Positions 18,965 through 28,358 of a stretch of DNA of 32,000 bases are shown here, one piece after another; position 1 is the stretch's first letter; each line of letters opens with the position of its first letter. The position numbers and the translations under genes are program-made. The stretch comes from Bacteroidales bacterium (GTDB lineage Bacteria; Bacteroidota; Bacteroidia; Bacteroidales; DTU049): NCBI GenBank assembly GCA_018056215.1, contig JAGPGB010000002.1, positions 1-32,000 on the forward strand, written 5' to 3'. The notes beneath the pieces were generated by a model, which was not told the origin of the DNA, ran no database searches, and saw only the letters and a list, made by a program, of their open reading frames with translations.

Positions 18965-20803
18965 ATGAATGCTAAATATACTGAAGAACACATAATATCT
19001 TTATCGTGGAACGAGCATGTACGTATGCGCCCAGGAATGTATATAGGGAAAGTGGGTAATGGTAGCTCTAGAGATGATGGTATATATGTTTTATTAAAAG
19101 AGACTATTGATAATTCCATTGATGAATTTCTGATGGTTAAATATAGCAAAATAGAAATTTCGCTCAAAGATAATTTAGTTAGTGTGAGAGATTATGGCAG
19201 AGGAATACCACTAGGCAAAGTGGTAGATGTAGTTTCTAAAATTAATACTGGTGCTAAATATGATAGCATAGCTTTCAAAAAAACTGTTGGTCTCAATGGA
19301 GTAGGTGCTAAAGCTGTAAATGCTCTTTCTCAATATTATAGAGTTGTATCTTATAGAGATCACAAAGCTGTAGAAGCTATCTTTTCTAAAGGTGTTTTAC
19401 AAACCACAAGAAATTTTGATTCTGATGAAGCTAATGGTACTCTTGTGCAGTTTATACCTGATGAAGAAATTTTCGGTCAATATGAATTTCATGATGAGTT
19501 TATCGAAGATATGCTGTGGAACTACGTTTGCCTTAACAAAAAATTGAAAATAATTTATAATGACAAAGAATTTTATAGTGAAAATGGGATTATAGACTTA
19601 TTACAAAAAAGAATTTCTAGTGAGATAATGTTTGATATCATTCATATTGAGGACGAAGATTTCGAATTTGCTTTCACATATGCTATGGGCGATGCTAATG
19701 AAGAAACTTTCTCATACGTCAATGGTCAATATACTGTACAAGGCGGCACACATGTACAAGCTTTCAGAGAAGCTTTCACAGAAACTATTAGAAATTTCTA
19801 TAACAAAAATTATGATGCATCAGATATACGTAATGGACTTTTAGCTACTCTCTCCATTAGAATTCATGAGCCAGTTTTTGAATCACAAACTAAAACAAAA
19901 CTTGGTTCTATGTATATGGTTCCTAATGGCAAATCTATTAGATCATATATAGGAGAAGTGCTAAAGAAACATTTAGATAATGAACTGCATCGCCGTCCTG
20001 ATATTGCAAAAGCTATTCAAGAAAAAATACTTTTTAATGAAAAACAAAGAAAAGATATTAATAATATAAAAAAAGTATCCCGTGAAGTACTGAAAAAAGC
20101 TAGTTTGCACAACAAAAAATTACGTGATTGCAAAATACATTTTAATACAAATCATGAACGTAGATTAGAAACTTCTATTTTCATTACAGAAGGAGACTCT
20201 GCGAGCGGTAGCATTACTAAAGCTCGTGATGCTAATATTCAAGCAGTTTTTAGCCTAAAAGGTAAACCTCTAAATGTGCATAAAGCTAATAAAAAATCTA
20301 TCTTTGCTAACGAAGAATTTGCTCTATTGATAGCTGCTCTTAATATTGATAATGGGCTAGAAAATTTAAGATATAATAATGTGATAATAGCTACTGATGC
20401 AGATGAGGATGGTAAACATATCAGATTACTTCTTCTTACATTTTTCTTAAAGTTTTATCCAGATTTAATAAAAGCTGGACATCTATATGTACTGCAAACA
20501 CCACTATTCAGAGTGAGAAACAAACAAAAAACTATTTATTGCTATAATGACACAGAAAAACAAAAAGCACTTAATCAGTTAGGAAATGGTAGCGAAATAA
20601 CAAGATTTAAAGGACTAGGTGAAATATCTCCAGATGAATTTAGGCAATTAATAGGTAAAAATATTAGATTAGAACCCATAGTTTATAATTCTGAAATTAA
20701 AATAGATCAATTATTAGACTTCTATATGGGAGAAAATACTGCTACTCGAGCTGAGTTTGTCATAGAAAACCTTAGATATAACGAAATTTTAGATTTATTA
20801 TAA
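18965..20803 (+). CDS. parE: DNA topoisomerase IV subunit B (type IIA topoisomerase ATPase/Toprim subunit)
   Basis: 612 aa. GHKL ATPase N-terminus (VRMRPGMYIG, IDNSIDE, GLNGVGAK), Toprim EGDSA and IATDADEDGKHI. The length is shorter than GyrB, as in Bacteroidetes ParE. Confidence 0.85.
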   Translation: MNAKYTEEHIISLSWNEHVRMRPGMYIGKVGNGSSRDDGIYVLLKETIDNSIDEFLMVKYSKIEISLKDNLVSVRDYGRGIPLGKVVDVVSKINTGAKYDSIAFKKTVGLNGVGAKAVNALSQYYRVVSYRDHKAVEAIFSKGVLQTTRNFDSDEANGTLVQFIPDEEIFGQYEFHDEFIEDMLWNYVCLNKKLKIIYNDKEFYSENGIIDLLQKRISSEIMFDIIHIEDEDFEFAFTYAMGDANEETFSYVNGQYTVQGGTHVQAFREAFTETIRNFYNKNYDASDIRNGLLATLSIRIHEPVFESQTKTKLGSMYMVPNGKSIRSYIGEVLKKHLDNELHRRPDIAKAIQEKILFNEKQRKDINNIKKVSREVLKKASLHNKKLRDCKIHFNTNHERRLETSIFITEGDSASGSITKARDANIQAVFSLKGKPLNVHKANKKSIFANEEFALLIAALNIDNGLENLRYNNVIIATDADEDGKHIRLLLLTFFLKFYPDLIKAGHLYVLQTPLFRVRNKQKTIYCYNDTEKQKALNQLGNGSEITRFKGLGEISPDEFRQLIGKNIRLEPIVYNSEIKIDQLLDFYMGENTATRAEFVIENLRYNEILDLL

Positions 20804-20866
20804 AAAATTTTGGTTATATAAATTTAATGTTTTACTTTTATCAAAAATAAATTAAATTTTACAACT

Positions 20867-21178
20867 ATGAAAAAATTATTATCAATTTCTTCATTAATTT
20901 TAACTTTCTTTATTTTAACAATAATGTTATCATGCGATAGCGATTGCGAAGGGAAAGGATATTTGAAATTAACAAATACATCCACAGGTACTGTGCAACG
21001 AATTATGATTGATGGTATTAATTATGGTAGCTTGGATCCTGGAGAATCAAAAAGTATCTCATTACCTGCTGGTGAACATGAATTTCAACAGGTAGGAATT
21101 AGTGGCGGAGCAGGATGTAGTCCAGCTAAAGTTATAATTATAGAATGTGAAACCCAAGGATTTGAATGTCATAGCTAA
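20867..21178 (+). CDS. Small lipoprotein, unknown function
   Basis: 103 aa. Signal peptide plus lipobox (LTIMLSC). Six further Cys residues are grouped at both ends of the mature part (CDSDCE ... GCSPAKVIIIECETQGFEC). Confidence 0.55.
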   Translation: MKKLLSISSLILTFFILTIMLSCDSDCEGKGYLKLTNTSTGTVQRIMIDGINYGSLDPGESKSISLPAGEHEFQQVGISGGAGCSPAKVIIIECETQGFECHS

Positions 21179-21319
21179 AAATTTATAATAATTTAATTAA
21201 ATTTAATAATTAAAATTATTTATTAATAGCTTGGTGGATATTATTGAAAATTTTATCGATATTTATTTAATATTAGAATATTCACAAAGAAAATTATTGT
21301 AAACTTGTATTTCATTATT

Positions 21320-22576
21320 TTATAACATTTTTAGATTTTGCCATAATTTTTTATTTGTTTTATTCATTAATAAAAAATCAAATTTATTTTTTTGTAAATA
21401 CAATTCATAGTTATATAAATCATCTCTTATTTGATTTAATTCATTTACAGATATTTCTTCCCAACTATTATAAATAATATTTTTTTGTAAAATACTTTTG
21501 TAAAAATTTTTAAAATATTCAAAATCATTATTTTTTTCTATAGAATAGTTATTATTTAGAAATTTTAAAATATGAAAAGCATCAAAATATTCATGAATGG
21601 CATGAACGAATTTATCTCGCTGTGTATGATTTTTATAAATTTTTAAAATAATTTTTTCAGGAATGATATCTTTTAAATTTTTAATAATTTCATCAATAGA
21701 ATTGCTATATTCTAGAATTTGATAATAAGATTCTATTTTTTTAAACAAATATGTTGGATAAAAAGGATATTTTTTAATTTGATTTTCTAAATTCATACCT
21801 ATCGCTGGCCCAGTACCAAATACTACCCTATCAGATATACGAGCAGCAGGATAAATGGTATTATCTAACCAAGAGCTGATAATTCCAATTTTTCTAATTT
21901 GTTGCATAGTATAAAAATCTTCTCCAGCATCTTTTACTTTAAAACCACCTGCTTTTTTATAAGCATTTACTCTGAAACTCATAGCAGAACCAATAGGCAT
22001 ATATGCATATGGCGATTGTATTAAAAGTAGTTGCAAAGTATAATAATGTAAAAAAATTTCATAACGAAGCATTAACCTTGCTTTATCTATTGGCAAATTA
22101 TCAATTTTATGATAATATGGTGCACAAACACCACTCAATAATGGTAACTGACTATAAATATCAAAAATATTCTCAAAATAATTATCAGGATAATTAGTGT
22201 CTGCATCCATATTTACAATAATATCATTACTATTTGTAAATGATAAAAAAGAATCAATACACAGCTTACGAGCTAATCCCACACAACCAACATTAGAATG
22301 GAATCCATTGCCAGGCGAAGAGTGATCCAACACTATTATAGGTATAGGAAACGAATTTAATAATTTATTTAAATAAATTAAAGTTTTGGTATTATTTAAA
22401 ATAATTTCCTTTTTATCAGGTAATTTTCTCCACGACTCTGGTTGATTAATACAAAAAGAAATAATAGCAGGACGCATAGATTGATTAATTAATTGATCTA
22501 ATAAAATAGGAACATTGTCTAGCTCCTTCATTAAAGGAATAGCCACGAAGATACGCGATAATTCAGATTTTAACAT
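21320..22576 (-). CDS. Glycosyltransferase, GT-A fold (family 2-like)
   Basis: 418 aa. N-terminal IFVAIPLMKE beta-strand, a DXD-type motif (NMDADTNYP) and an acidic GEDFY block downstream. The C-terminal ~150 aa have no recognisable similarity. Confidence 0.55.
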   Translation of the reverse strand: MLKSELSRIFVAIPLMKELDNVPILLDQLINQSMRPAIISFCINQPESWRKLPDKKEIILNNTKTLIYLNKLLNSFPIPIIVLDHSSPGNGFHSNVGCVGLARKLCIDSFLSFTNSNDIIVNMDADTNYPDNYFENIFDIYSQLPLLSGVCAPYYHKIDNLPIDKARLMLRYEIFLHYYTLQLLLIQSPYAYMPIGSAMSFRVNAYKKAGGFKVKDAGEDFYTMQQIRKIGIISSWLDNTIYPAARISDRVVFGTGPAIGMNLENQIKKYPFYPTYLFKKIESYYQILEYSNSIDEIIKNLKDIIPEKIILKIYKNHTQRDKFVHAIHEYFDAFHILKFLNNNYSIEKNNDFEYFKNFYKSILQKNIIYNSWEEISVNELNQIRDDLYNYELYLQKNKFDFLLMNKTNKKLWQNLKML

Positions 22577-22683
22577 AAAAATAAATTAAGATAAAATTAG
22601 TTAAAAAAAATAAGATGGAGGGAAGGGGAGAAAATGAATTTAATAATGTATAATTTTTTATATGCTTTTTCTTAAAATTATAT

Positions 22684-22691
22684 TATCTTTG
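22684..22691 (+). promoter_or_regulatory. -7 promoter box TATCTTTG (transposase promoter, copy B)
   Basis: Same motif and spacing as in copy A. Confidence 0.45.
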
Positions 22692-22709
22692 CAACAAATT
22701 TTATTTAAT

Positions 22710-23714
22710 ATGAAAAATATCGTCTCAAACCTCCAAGAGCACCTTTCTCAGGGCAAACAACTCAATTTGGAATTCCTTAATAATCTCTACAATAAGATGA
22801 AACTCCAAGGCAACGACGTAGTGGATTATCAACATCTAAAAGCTCAAAGCGTCTCTCCACAATGTCCTAATTGCAAAAGCATTCATATCAAGAAAAATGG
22901 ACATCAACAAGGCCAGCAAATGTATAAATGTAAAAATTGTGGTAAAAATTTTCGTGAGACTACCGGTACCTTTGTCTACTACCTGCATAAAAAAGAATTA
23001 ATGCTCGACTACATTCGCCTGATGCTTGAGGGCAAAACTTTACGTCAATGTTCTAAAGAACTTCGTATCTCTCTACCTACCAGCTTCGAATGGAGACATC
23101 GCATTATATCTGCTCTAAGAAGTTTCGAAAATAACGTAAACTTCTTTGGTATTATGGAAATAGATGAATTGCAGTTGAAATATTCTGAGAAAGGACGCAG
23201 ATATAAAACGTTAGAAGAATATCTATTAGCCAAAGAGCTAAAAACTCACAATGTAGCTGTGCTATCTATGATAGACAGAAGTGGTAACATGCTATGTAAA
23301 TTGACAGGTTTAGATAATGTGAAACGAGATCAGATAGATAAGATATTATTTGCCAGGATATCTAAGAATGCTGTGATTTGCTCACCAGATAATGAAGAAT
23401 TCAAAAATCTGAAGACACAAAGTATAAAAGATAAAACTATAATTACTCATAGGACAAAAAAGTATGGACAGCACGGATTAGCAATAGTTAAAGACAAGGA
23501 GAATGATTTTGCGGGATGGATAAATTATAAATTTAGAGGAGTGGCTACGAAGTATCTACAGAGTTATATAATGTGGTATGTTGTGAAGCATAAATATTTA
23601 TTGAGCAGAGTTATGGATGATATAGGTAGGATGTTGAATTTAGCAGCGTCGGACTGGGAAGCGTGGTATGTATATATGAGGTTAAAATTAAAGCATAGAG
23701 AAAAGCTAACATAA
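22710..23714 (+). CDS. IS1595-family-like transposase, copy B
   Basis: The ATG at 22710 aligns with the copy A start, so the track ORF start at 22662 is an upstream in-frame extension. 334 aa with 6 substitutions versus copy A and no frameshifts or stops. Confidence 0.8.
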   Translation: MKNIVSNLQEHLSQGKQLNLEFLNNLYNKMKLQGNDVVDYQHLKAQSVSPQCPNCKSIHIKKNGHQQGQQMYKCKNCGKNFRETTGTFVYYLHKKELMLDYIRLMLEGKTLRQCSKELRISLPTSFEWRHRIISALRSFENNVNFFGIMEIDELQLKYSEKGRRYKTLEEYLLAKELKTHNVAVLSMIDRSGNMLCKLTGLDNVKRDQIDKILFARISKNAVICSPDNEEFKNLKTQSIKDKTIITHRTKKYGQHGLAIVKDKENDFAGWINYKFRGVATKYLQSYIMWYVVKHKYLLSRVMDDIGRMLNLAASDWEAWYVYMRLKLKHREKLT

Positions 23715-23882
23715 ATATTTGTTACCTTCCCCCTTCTTCTTTCTCCTCATTTCTTTCAAATTGCTCTTTTTTTAATTTTATAAATAGAATTCTTTTTTTT
23801 TAATAAAATTTAAACTCCTTTTCACGGTTATATTTTATTCCATACTATTAACTATTTATTTATTCATTAAAAAATTTTATTA

Positions 23883-23890
23883 TATTTTTG
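23883..23890 (+). promoter_or_regulatory. -7 promoter box TATTTTTG upstream of the small membrane protein gene
   Basis: TAnnTTTG match 28 nt upstream of the ATG at 23919. Confidence 0.35.
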
Positions 23891-23918
23891 TATTATAAAT
23901 CAAATTAAAAATTTTATT

Positions 23919-24293
23919 ATGGAAAATCAAGAAATTAATGTTCAACAACCTGAAGAAAAAAATGTACAAAATCAAGTTTTACCAGGTTCTCAATCTGCCT
24001 TTATATTAGGTATTTTATCTGTTGTTTTCACTCTTACTACAGTAATTATAGGTATAATTTTAGGCATTATTGCTGTGGTAGAAGGTAATAGAGCCGTGAA
24101 AGCTTATGAATTAAATCCATCTCTTTATACAAAAGCTGAATATAGTAATGCTAATGTTGGCAAAATATTAGGATGGGTGAGCATCGGCATTGGTGCTGCT
24201 ATTTTCCTTTTTATTATTTTAATTATAATTTTTGCATTATCTTTTGCTTTACCATTTGCTGCTTTTGATAGCATTCATACCATTACTTTGTAA
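23919..24293 (+). CDS. Small integral membrane protein (DUF4190-like), unknown function
   Basis: 124 aa. Polar N-terminus, then two long hydrophobic segments (AFILGILSVVFTLTTVIIGIILGIIAVVEG; ILGWVSIGIGAAIFLFIILIIIFALSF). The stop lies 5 nt before nnr. Confidence 0.6.
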   Translation: MENQEINVQQPEEKNVQNQVLPGSQSAFILGILSVVFTLTTVIIGIILGIIAVVEGNRAVKAYELNPSLYTKAEYSNANVGKILGWVSIGIGAAIFLFIILIIIFALSFALPFAAFDSIHTITL

Positions 24294-24298
24294 TTATT

Positions 24299-25846
24299 AT
24301 GAAAATTTTAAGTATCGAAGATATTAGAAAAGCAGATGAATATACTATAAAAAATGAACCTATAGCGTCTATAGATTTGATGGAGAGAGCTGCAAGCAAA
24401 TGCTTCGATTTTATACAAAAAATATTCATTAATTTTAATAGCTTTGTAATATTTGCAGGTACTGGTAATAATGGTGGTGATGGATTAGTAATAGCTCGTA
24501 AACTTATAGAAAACGGTAAAGATGTAAAAGTATTTATTTGTGAATTCAACAAAAATTATTCCGATGACTTTGCAACAAATTTATATAGACTTCCTAACAA
24601 AAATAATATTGTACTAATTCAAAATTTAAATGATTTTGAAAAACTAAAAATATTAGATAATAATGATATAATAATCGATGCATTATTAGGTTCTGGCATT
24701 AGCAGAGCTCCAGATGATTGGCTGGCTGAATTGATAAAATATTTAAATAAATTAAATAATATCAAAATAGCTATAGATATGCCTAGTGGCTTATTTGCTG
24801 ATAAAACATCAAAATATCACAGTGATAGAATTGTCAAAGCTAATTACACTTTAGCATTTGAAGTTCCTCGTTTAGCTTTTTTTATGCCAGAGAATTATGA
24901 TTTAGTGGGAGAGTGGAAAATATTGCCTATAGGATTAGATCATAACTTTATAGATAATTGCAACCCTTTAGCTATAATGATAGATGGGTCAGAGATTAGT
25001 AATAGATTAAAAAAACGAAATAAATTTGGTCATAAAAATATCTTTGGTCATGTTTGTATAGCTGGGGGTAGTCCTGGTAAATATGGTGCAGGATTACTAG
25101 CTACTTTAGGTGCCCTTAAAAGTGGTACAGGACTAGTTTCTACTATTGTACCTGAAAAACTTGTGTCTGCTTATCTATCTAAACTTCCTGAAGTTTTAAC
25201 TATACCTATTGATACACCAAATATCGAAGATTTATCAATTTTGCATAATTATGATGCTGCCTGCATAGGACCAGGGTTAGGTACAGATGATTTTACTGCT
25301 AATGCATTACTAGATTATCTTTTAAATTGCAAAAAACCTACTGTTTTAGATGCTGATGCTATAAATATTTTGAGTAAACATAATGATTGGTATAGTTTTT
25401 TAAATAATAATTTTATACTCACTCCTCATCCTGGTGAGCTGAAAAGATTGATTGGTGAATGGAATGATGATTTTGAAAAATTAGAACTAGTAAAAGAGTT
25501 TTGTAAAAAATATCATTGTACTGTAATTATTAAAGAGCATAACTCTAAAATCATTGATGAGAATGGACAAATTTTTATTAACATCACGGGTGATGACACA
25601 TTGTCTAAAGGTGGCAGTGGAGATATCCTATCAGGACTTTTAACAGGTTTATTGGCTCAGAATTATTCTCATATAGATGCTTGTATTATAGCGACTTGTT
25701 TACATGGCGCCGCAGGTGAATGGTGTGGTAATAAATACTCACATCACGCTACCACTATATCGCAATTAGCTAAAGGTATAGAAAAAATTTTTAATAATTG
25801 GGAACACAACGACTTTTCTCAAATTCATGATTTTTCACAAATTTAA
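24299..25846 (+). CDS. nnr: Bifunctional NAD(P)H-hydrate repair enzyme (epimerase / ADP-dependent dehydratase, YjeF)
   Basis: 515 aa. YjeF_N motif GTGNNGGDGLV and C-terminal carbohydrate-kinase motif KGGSGDILSG. Confidence 0.93.
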   Translation: MKILSIEDIRKADEYTIKNEPIASIDLMERAASKCFDFIQKIFINFNSFVIFAGTGNNGGDGLVIARKLIENGKDVKVFICEFNKNYSDDFATNLYRLPNKNNIVLIQNLNDFEKLKILDNNDIIIDALLGSGISRAPDDWLAELIKYLNKLNNIKIAIDMPSGLFADKTSKYHSDRIVKANYTLAFEVPRLAFFMPENYDLVGEWKILPIGLDHNFIDNCNPLAIMIDGSEISNRLKKRNKFGHKNIFGHVCIAGGSPGKYGAGLLATLGALKSGTGLVSTIVPEKLVSAYLSKLPEVLTIPIDTPNIEDLSILHNYDAACIGPGLGTDDFTANALLDYLLNCKKPTVLDADAINILSKHNDWYSFLNNNFILTPHPGELKRLIGEWNDDFEKLELVKEFCKKYHCTVIIKEHNSKIIDENGQIFINITGDDTLSKGGSGDILSGLLTGLLAQNYSHIDACIIATCLHGAAGEWCGNKYSHHATTISQLAKGIEKIFNNWEHNDFSQIHDFSQI

Positions 25847-25903
25847 TAATCGGTTGGATAATGAAATCAGCTGTCCTGACAAAAGATATTTGTTTAACAA
25901 AAT

Positions 25904-26962
25904 TTAAAATATAATAGAACTATACAGCTGTTTTAGTTCTTCTATTGTGAATTTATTAATTTTTGGCTTACCTATCTCATATAATAAAATAAAATTTATT
26001 TTTTCGTCTAAATTTTTTTTATCCTGAACTAAAAATATTAATAATTCATCAAAAGCTATTACAGGTGGTTTGCCATACCATATTTGCAACCAATCAATAA
26101 CTTTTTGTGACCAATATGGTGAAAAGTTTAATACTTTTTCAGAAAATTTCAAAGAATATTGTAAGCCCCACGCTACACATATGCCATGAGGTGTTGGTAC
26201 ATTTTGTGATAATTTATATGATTCGAAAGCATGCCCTAAAGTATGTCCTAGATTCAAAATTTTTCGTCTGTTTTTTTCAAGTGGATCTATTTTAATAATG
26301 TGATGTTTGTATTGAACAGATTTTCTAATTATTTGCGTATTTGGTATTTTGCAAGGATCAGATTTTAGTATTTCATTGATAGTTTCTTTGTTTAGTAGTA
26401 GTCCATATTTGATAATTTCTCCATAACCACTTAAAATGTCAATTTCTGTTAAAGTATTTAAAAATTCAGGATAGATAAATGTAAATAAAGGATAATAATA
26501 AGTACCTATTTCGTTTTTATTATTATTGAAATTAATGCCATTTTTACCTCCAATACCAGCGTCTACCATGGATAAAAGAGTAGTAGGAATATTTATGACG
26601 TTTAAACCACGTTTAAATGTTGCAGCTGCGAAACCACCTAAATCACTAATCGTGCCACCTCCGATACATATTATTACATCATTTCTATTAAAATTATTTT
26701 TATCTAAAATATTCCAAATATTAATGATTTCATAAATATTTTTGATATTTTCATCAGAATTATAATAAATTATTTCAATATGTTTGAAATTAAAATTATT
26801 GATAATTGATTTTACCTCATCTAAATAATTATCATTGATAAAAGCATCTATTAATATTAAACAATTAATATTTTTGTGAGTACCTATATGATATCGGAAA
26901 TATTTTTTAAAAGTAGTGAAGTCGTGCTCTATATAGATTGGATTGTTATTTCCGATGCGCAT
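25904..26962 (-). CDS. aroB: 3-dehydroquinate synthase
   Basis: 352 aa. GGGTISDLGGFAAATFKRG NAD-binding block, metal ligands in GEIIKYG and LNLGHTLGHAFE. Confidence 0.93.
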   Translation of the reverse strand: MRIGNNNPIYIEHDFTTFKKYFRYHIGTHKNINCLILIDAFINDNYLDEVKSIINNFNFKHIEIIYYNSDENIKNIYEIINIWNILDKNNFNRNDVIICIGGGTISDLGGFAAATFKRGLNVINIPTTLLSMVDAGIGGKNGINFNNNKNEIGTYYYPLFTFIYPEFLNTLTEIDILSGYGEIIKYGLLLNKETINEILKSDPCKIPNTQIIRKSVQYKHHIIKIDPLEKNRRKILNLGHTLGHAFESYKLSQNVPTPHGICVAWGLQYSLKFSEKVLNFSPYWSQKVIDWLQIWYGKPPVIAFDELLIFLVQDKKNLDEKINFILLYEIGKPKINKFTIEELKQLYSSIIF

Positions 26963-26993
26963 AAAAGATTAAAATTTTATTCTTGGGAAAATA

Positions 26994-27872
26994 TTAAATA
27001 TTATAACCTAGTCTTTTTAGAGTATTTCTATCATTACGCCAGTTGGGCTGCACCTTAACAAATAAATTTAAGAAAATATGTTTATCTAATAATTTTTCTA
27101 ATTTCAGTCTAGCATTAGTACCTAATTGTTTGATCATTTCGCCTTTTTTGCCAATAATTATATTCTTTTGTGAATCTCGCATTACCCATATTTCTGCTTC
27201 TATGAAAACTGGATCTTGATCTTCTTTGAAACTATTAATTATCACCTCAGTTTCATAAGGTATTTCTTCTTTATATAAATAATAAATCTGTTCTCTAATA
27301 ATCTCAGAAGCGAAATATCTGAGATATCTATCAGAGAGTATGTCTTTATCATAATATGGTGGATGCTCTGGCAAAAGAGTTTTAATAATTTCTAGTAATT
27401 TATCAACGTTATAGCCTGTCAGTGCAGAGACAGCTATTATATCTACATTAGAGAATTTTTCTTTAAATTTTTTTTCTTTAATTGAAAATGTTTTTTCATC
27501 AACTAAATCAGCTTTGTTGAGGACAACAATTTTAGGTTGTGAATATTTAGCTACTATGTCTATTAGTTGATTGTCATCTCTTTTATCAGTTAAATCATGC
27601 ATATAAATTAATATATCCGCATCTTCGAAAGCAGATTCTATATCATGTAGCATAGCTTTATGCAGCTCATATTGAGGGTTAGTGAGCCAACCTGGTAAAT
27701 CTGAAAAAATAATTTGAGTATTTTCATCATTATAGATGCCCAGTACTCTCTGTCGAGTAGTTTGAGCTTTGGGAGAAACTGGCATTAGATTTTCACCTAT
27801 AATGGAATTTACTAATGTAGATTTACCAACATTTGGATAACCTAATATGCTTATGAAACCGGCTTTATGCAT
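26994..27872 (-). CDS. era: GTPase Era
   Basis: 292 aa. G1 GYPNVGKST, G3 DLPG, G4 NKAD and a C-terminal KH domain (IIIGKKGEMIKQLG). Confidence 0.96.
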   Translation of the reverse strand: MHKAGFISILGYPNVGKSTLVNSIIGENLMPVSPKAQTTRQRVLGIYNDENTQIIFSDLPGWLTNPQYELHKAMLHDIESAFEDADILIYMHDLTDKRDDNQLIDIVAKYSQPKIVVLNKADLVDEKTFSIKEKKFKEKFSNVDIIAVSALTGYNVDKLLEIIKTLLPEHPPYYDKDILSDRYLRYFASEIIREQIYYLYKEEIPYETEVIINSFKEDQDPVFIEAEIWVMRDSQKNIIIGKKGEMIKQLGTNARLKLEKLLDKHIFLNLFVKVQPNWRNDRNTLKRLGYNI

Positions 27873-27951
27873 TTAATATATTATATTTTTCTTTTTAAAA
27901 ATTAGACAAAAAGTAATTAAAATTTAAGTAAAATTCTGTGTAATTATATCA

Positions 27952-28356
27952 TTATAATTCTACAAATTTCTTTATTCCTTCAGCAATACTTTGTAATTCT
28001 TCAGAGCTGAACTTCAGTTTAGGTTTAGCAAAATCAATATCAGTAATATTTTTAATTGGTACAAGATGAATATGAGCGTGTGGTACTTCTAAACCCACGA
28101 CTGCGACACCTGTTCTGATAGCTTCACCTTGCATATATTTATCAATAGCTTTAGCTATTTTTTTGGCAAAAATCCATAAACCAGCAAGACTTTCGTCATC
28201 TAAATCAAAAATGTAGCTAACTTCTTTCTTGGGTATTACTAAAGTATGAGCTTTAGCCAATGGGTTTATATCTAAAAATGCCAAATAATTTTCATCCTCA
28301 GCAACAATATATGCTGGGATTTCACGATTAACAATTTTTGTAAATATACTGGACAT
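27952..28356 (-). CDS. HIT-family (histidine triad) nucleotide hydrolase
   Basis: 134 aa. Histidine triad HAHIHLVP and N-terminal IFTKIVNREIPA. Confidence 0.93.
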   Translation of the reverse strand: MSSIFTKIVNREIPAYIVAEDENYLAFLDINPLAKAHTLVIPKKEVSYIFDLDDESLAGLWIFAKKIAKAIDKYMQGEAIRTGVAVVGLEVPHAHIHLVPIKNITDIDFAKPKLKFSSEELQSIAEGIKKFVEL

Positions 28357-28358
28357 AG

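Larger units (their letters stand above)
22609..23762 (+). mobile_element. IS1595-family-like insertion sequence, copy B (ends approximate, +/-20 bp)
   Basis: Collinear with copy A from the purine-rich left end (gatggagggaaggggagaaaatga) to the pyrimidine-rich right end (ccttcccccttcttctttctcctcatttctttcaaatt). Same orientation as copy A. Confidence 0.7.

Noticed and set aside
18486-19844. Track ORFs 18486-18704(-), 18946-19167(-) and 19632-19844(+), overlapping purM-like and parE
   Set aside because: Out-of-frame or antisense overlaps with conserved genes, with no motifs.
22003-22197. Track ORF 22003-22197(+), antisense to the glycosyltransferase gene
   Set aside because: Shadow ORF. It is short and overlaps the DXD region of the longer ORF.
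22662-22709. Longer start (350 aa) for transposase copy B
   Set aside because: Copy A has no equivalent open extension. The extra 16 codons cover the conserved TATCTTTG promoter box, and the ATG at 22710 aligns exactly with the copy A start.
23045-23233. Track ORF 23045-23233(-), antisense inside transposase copy B
   Set aside because: It is not listed as an ORF at the equivalent position of copy A, and it is short and antisense. It is most likely spurious.
10032-23762. Interpreting the two IS copies plus the intervening 11.4 kb as a composite transposon carrying cargo
   Set aside because: The cargo is essential core metabolism and replication machinery (parE, nqr, purM-like, queE) with host-like composition, and no TSD is visible around the whole unit. 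IS-mediated rearrangement of chromosomal DNA is a better explanation than a mobile composite element.
24283-24552. Track ORF 24283-24552(-), antisense to the 5' end of nnr
   Set aside because: Shadow ORF overlapping the conserved YjeF_N domain.
26107-27058. Track ORFs 26107-26295(+), 26526-26735(+) and 26876-27058(+), antisense to aroB and era
   Set aside because: Shadow ORFs inside conserved genes.
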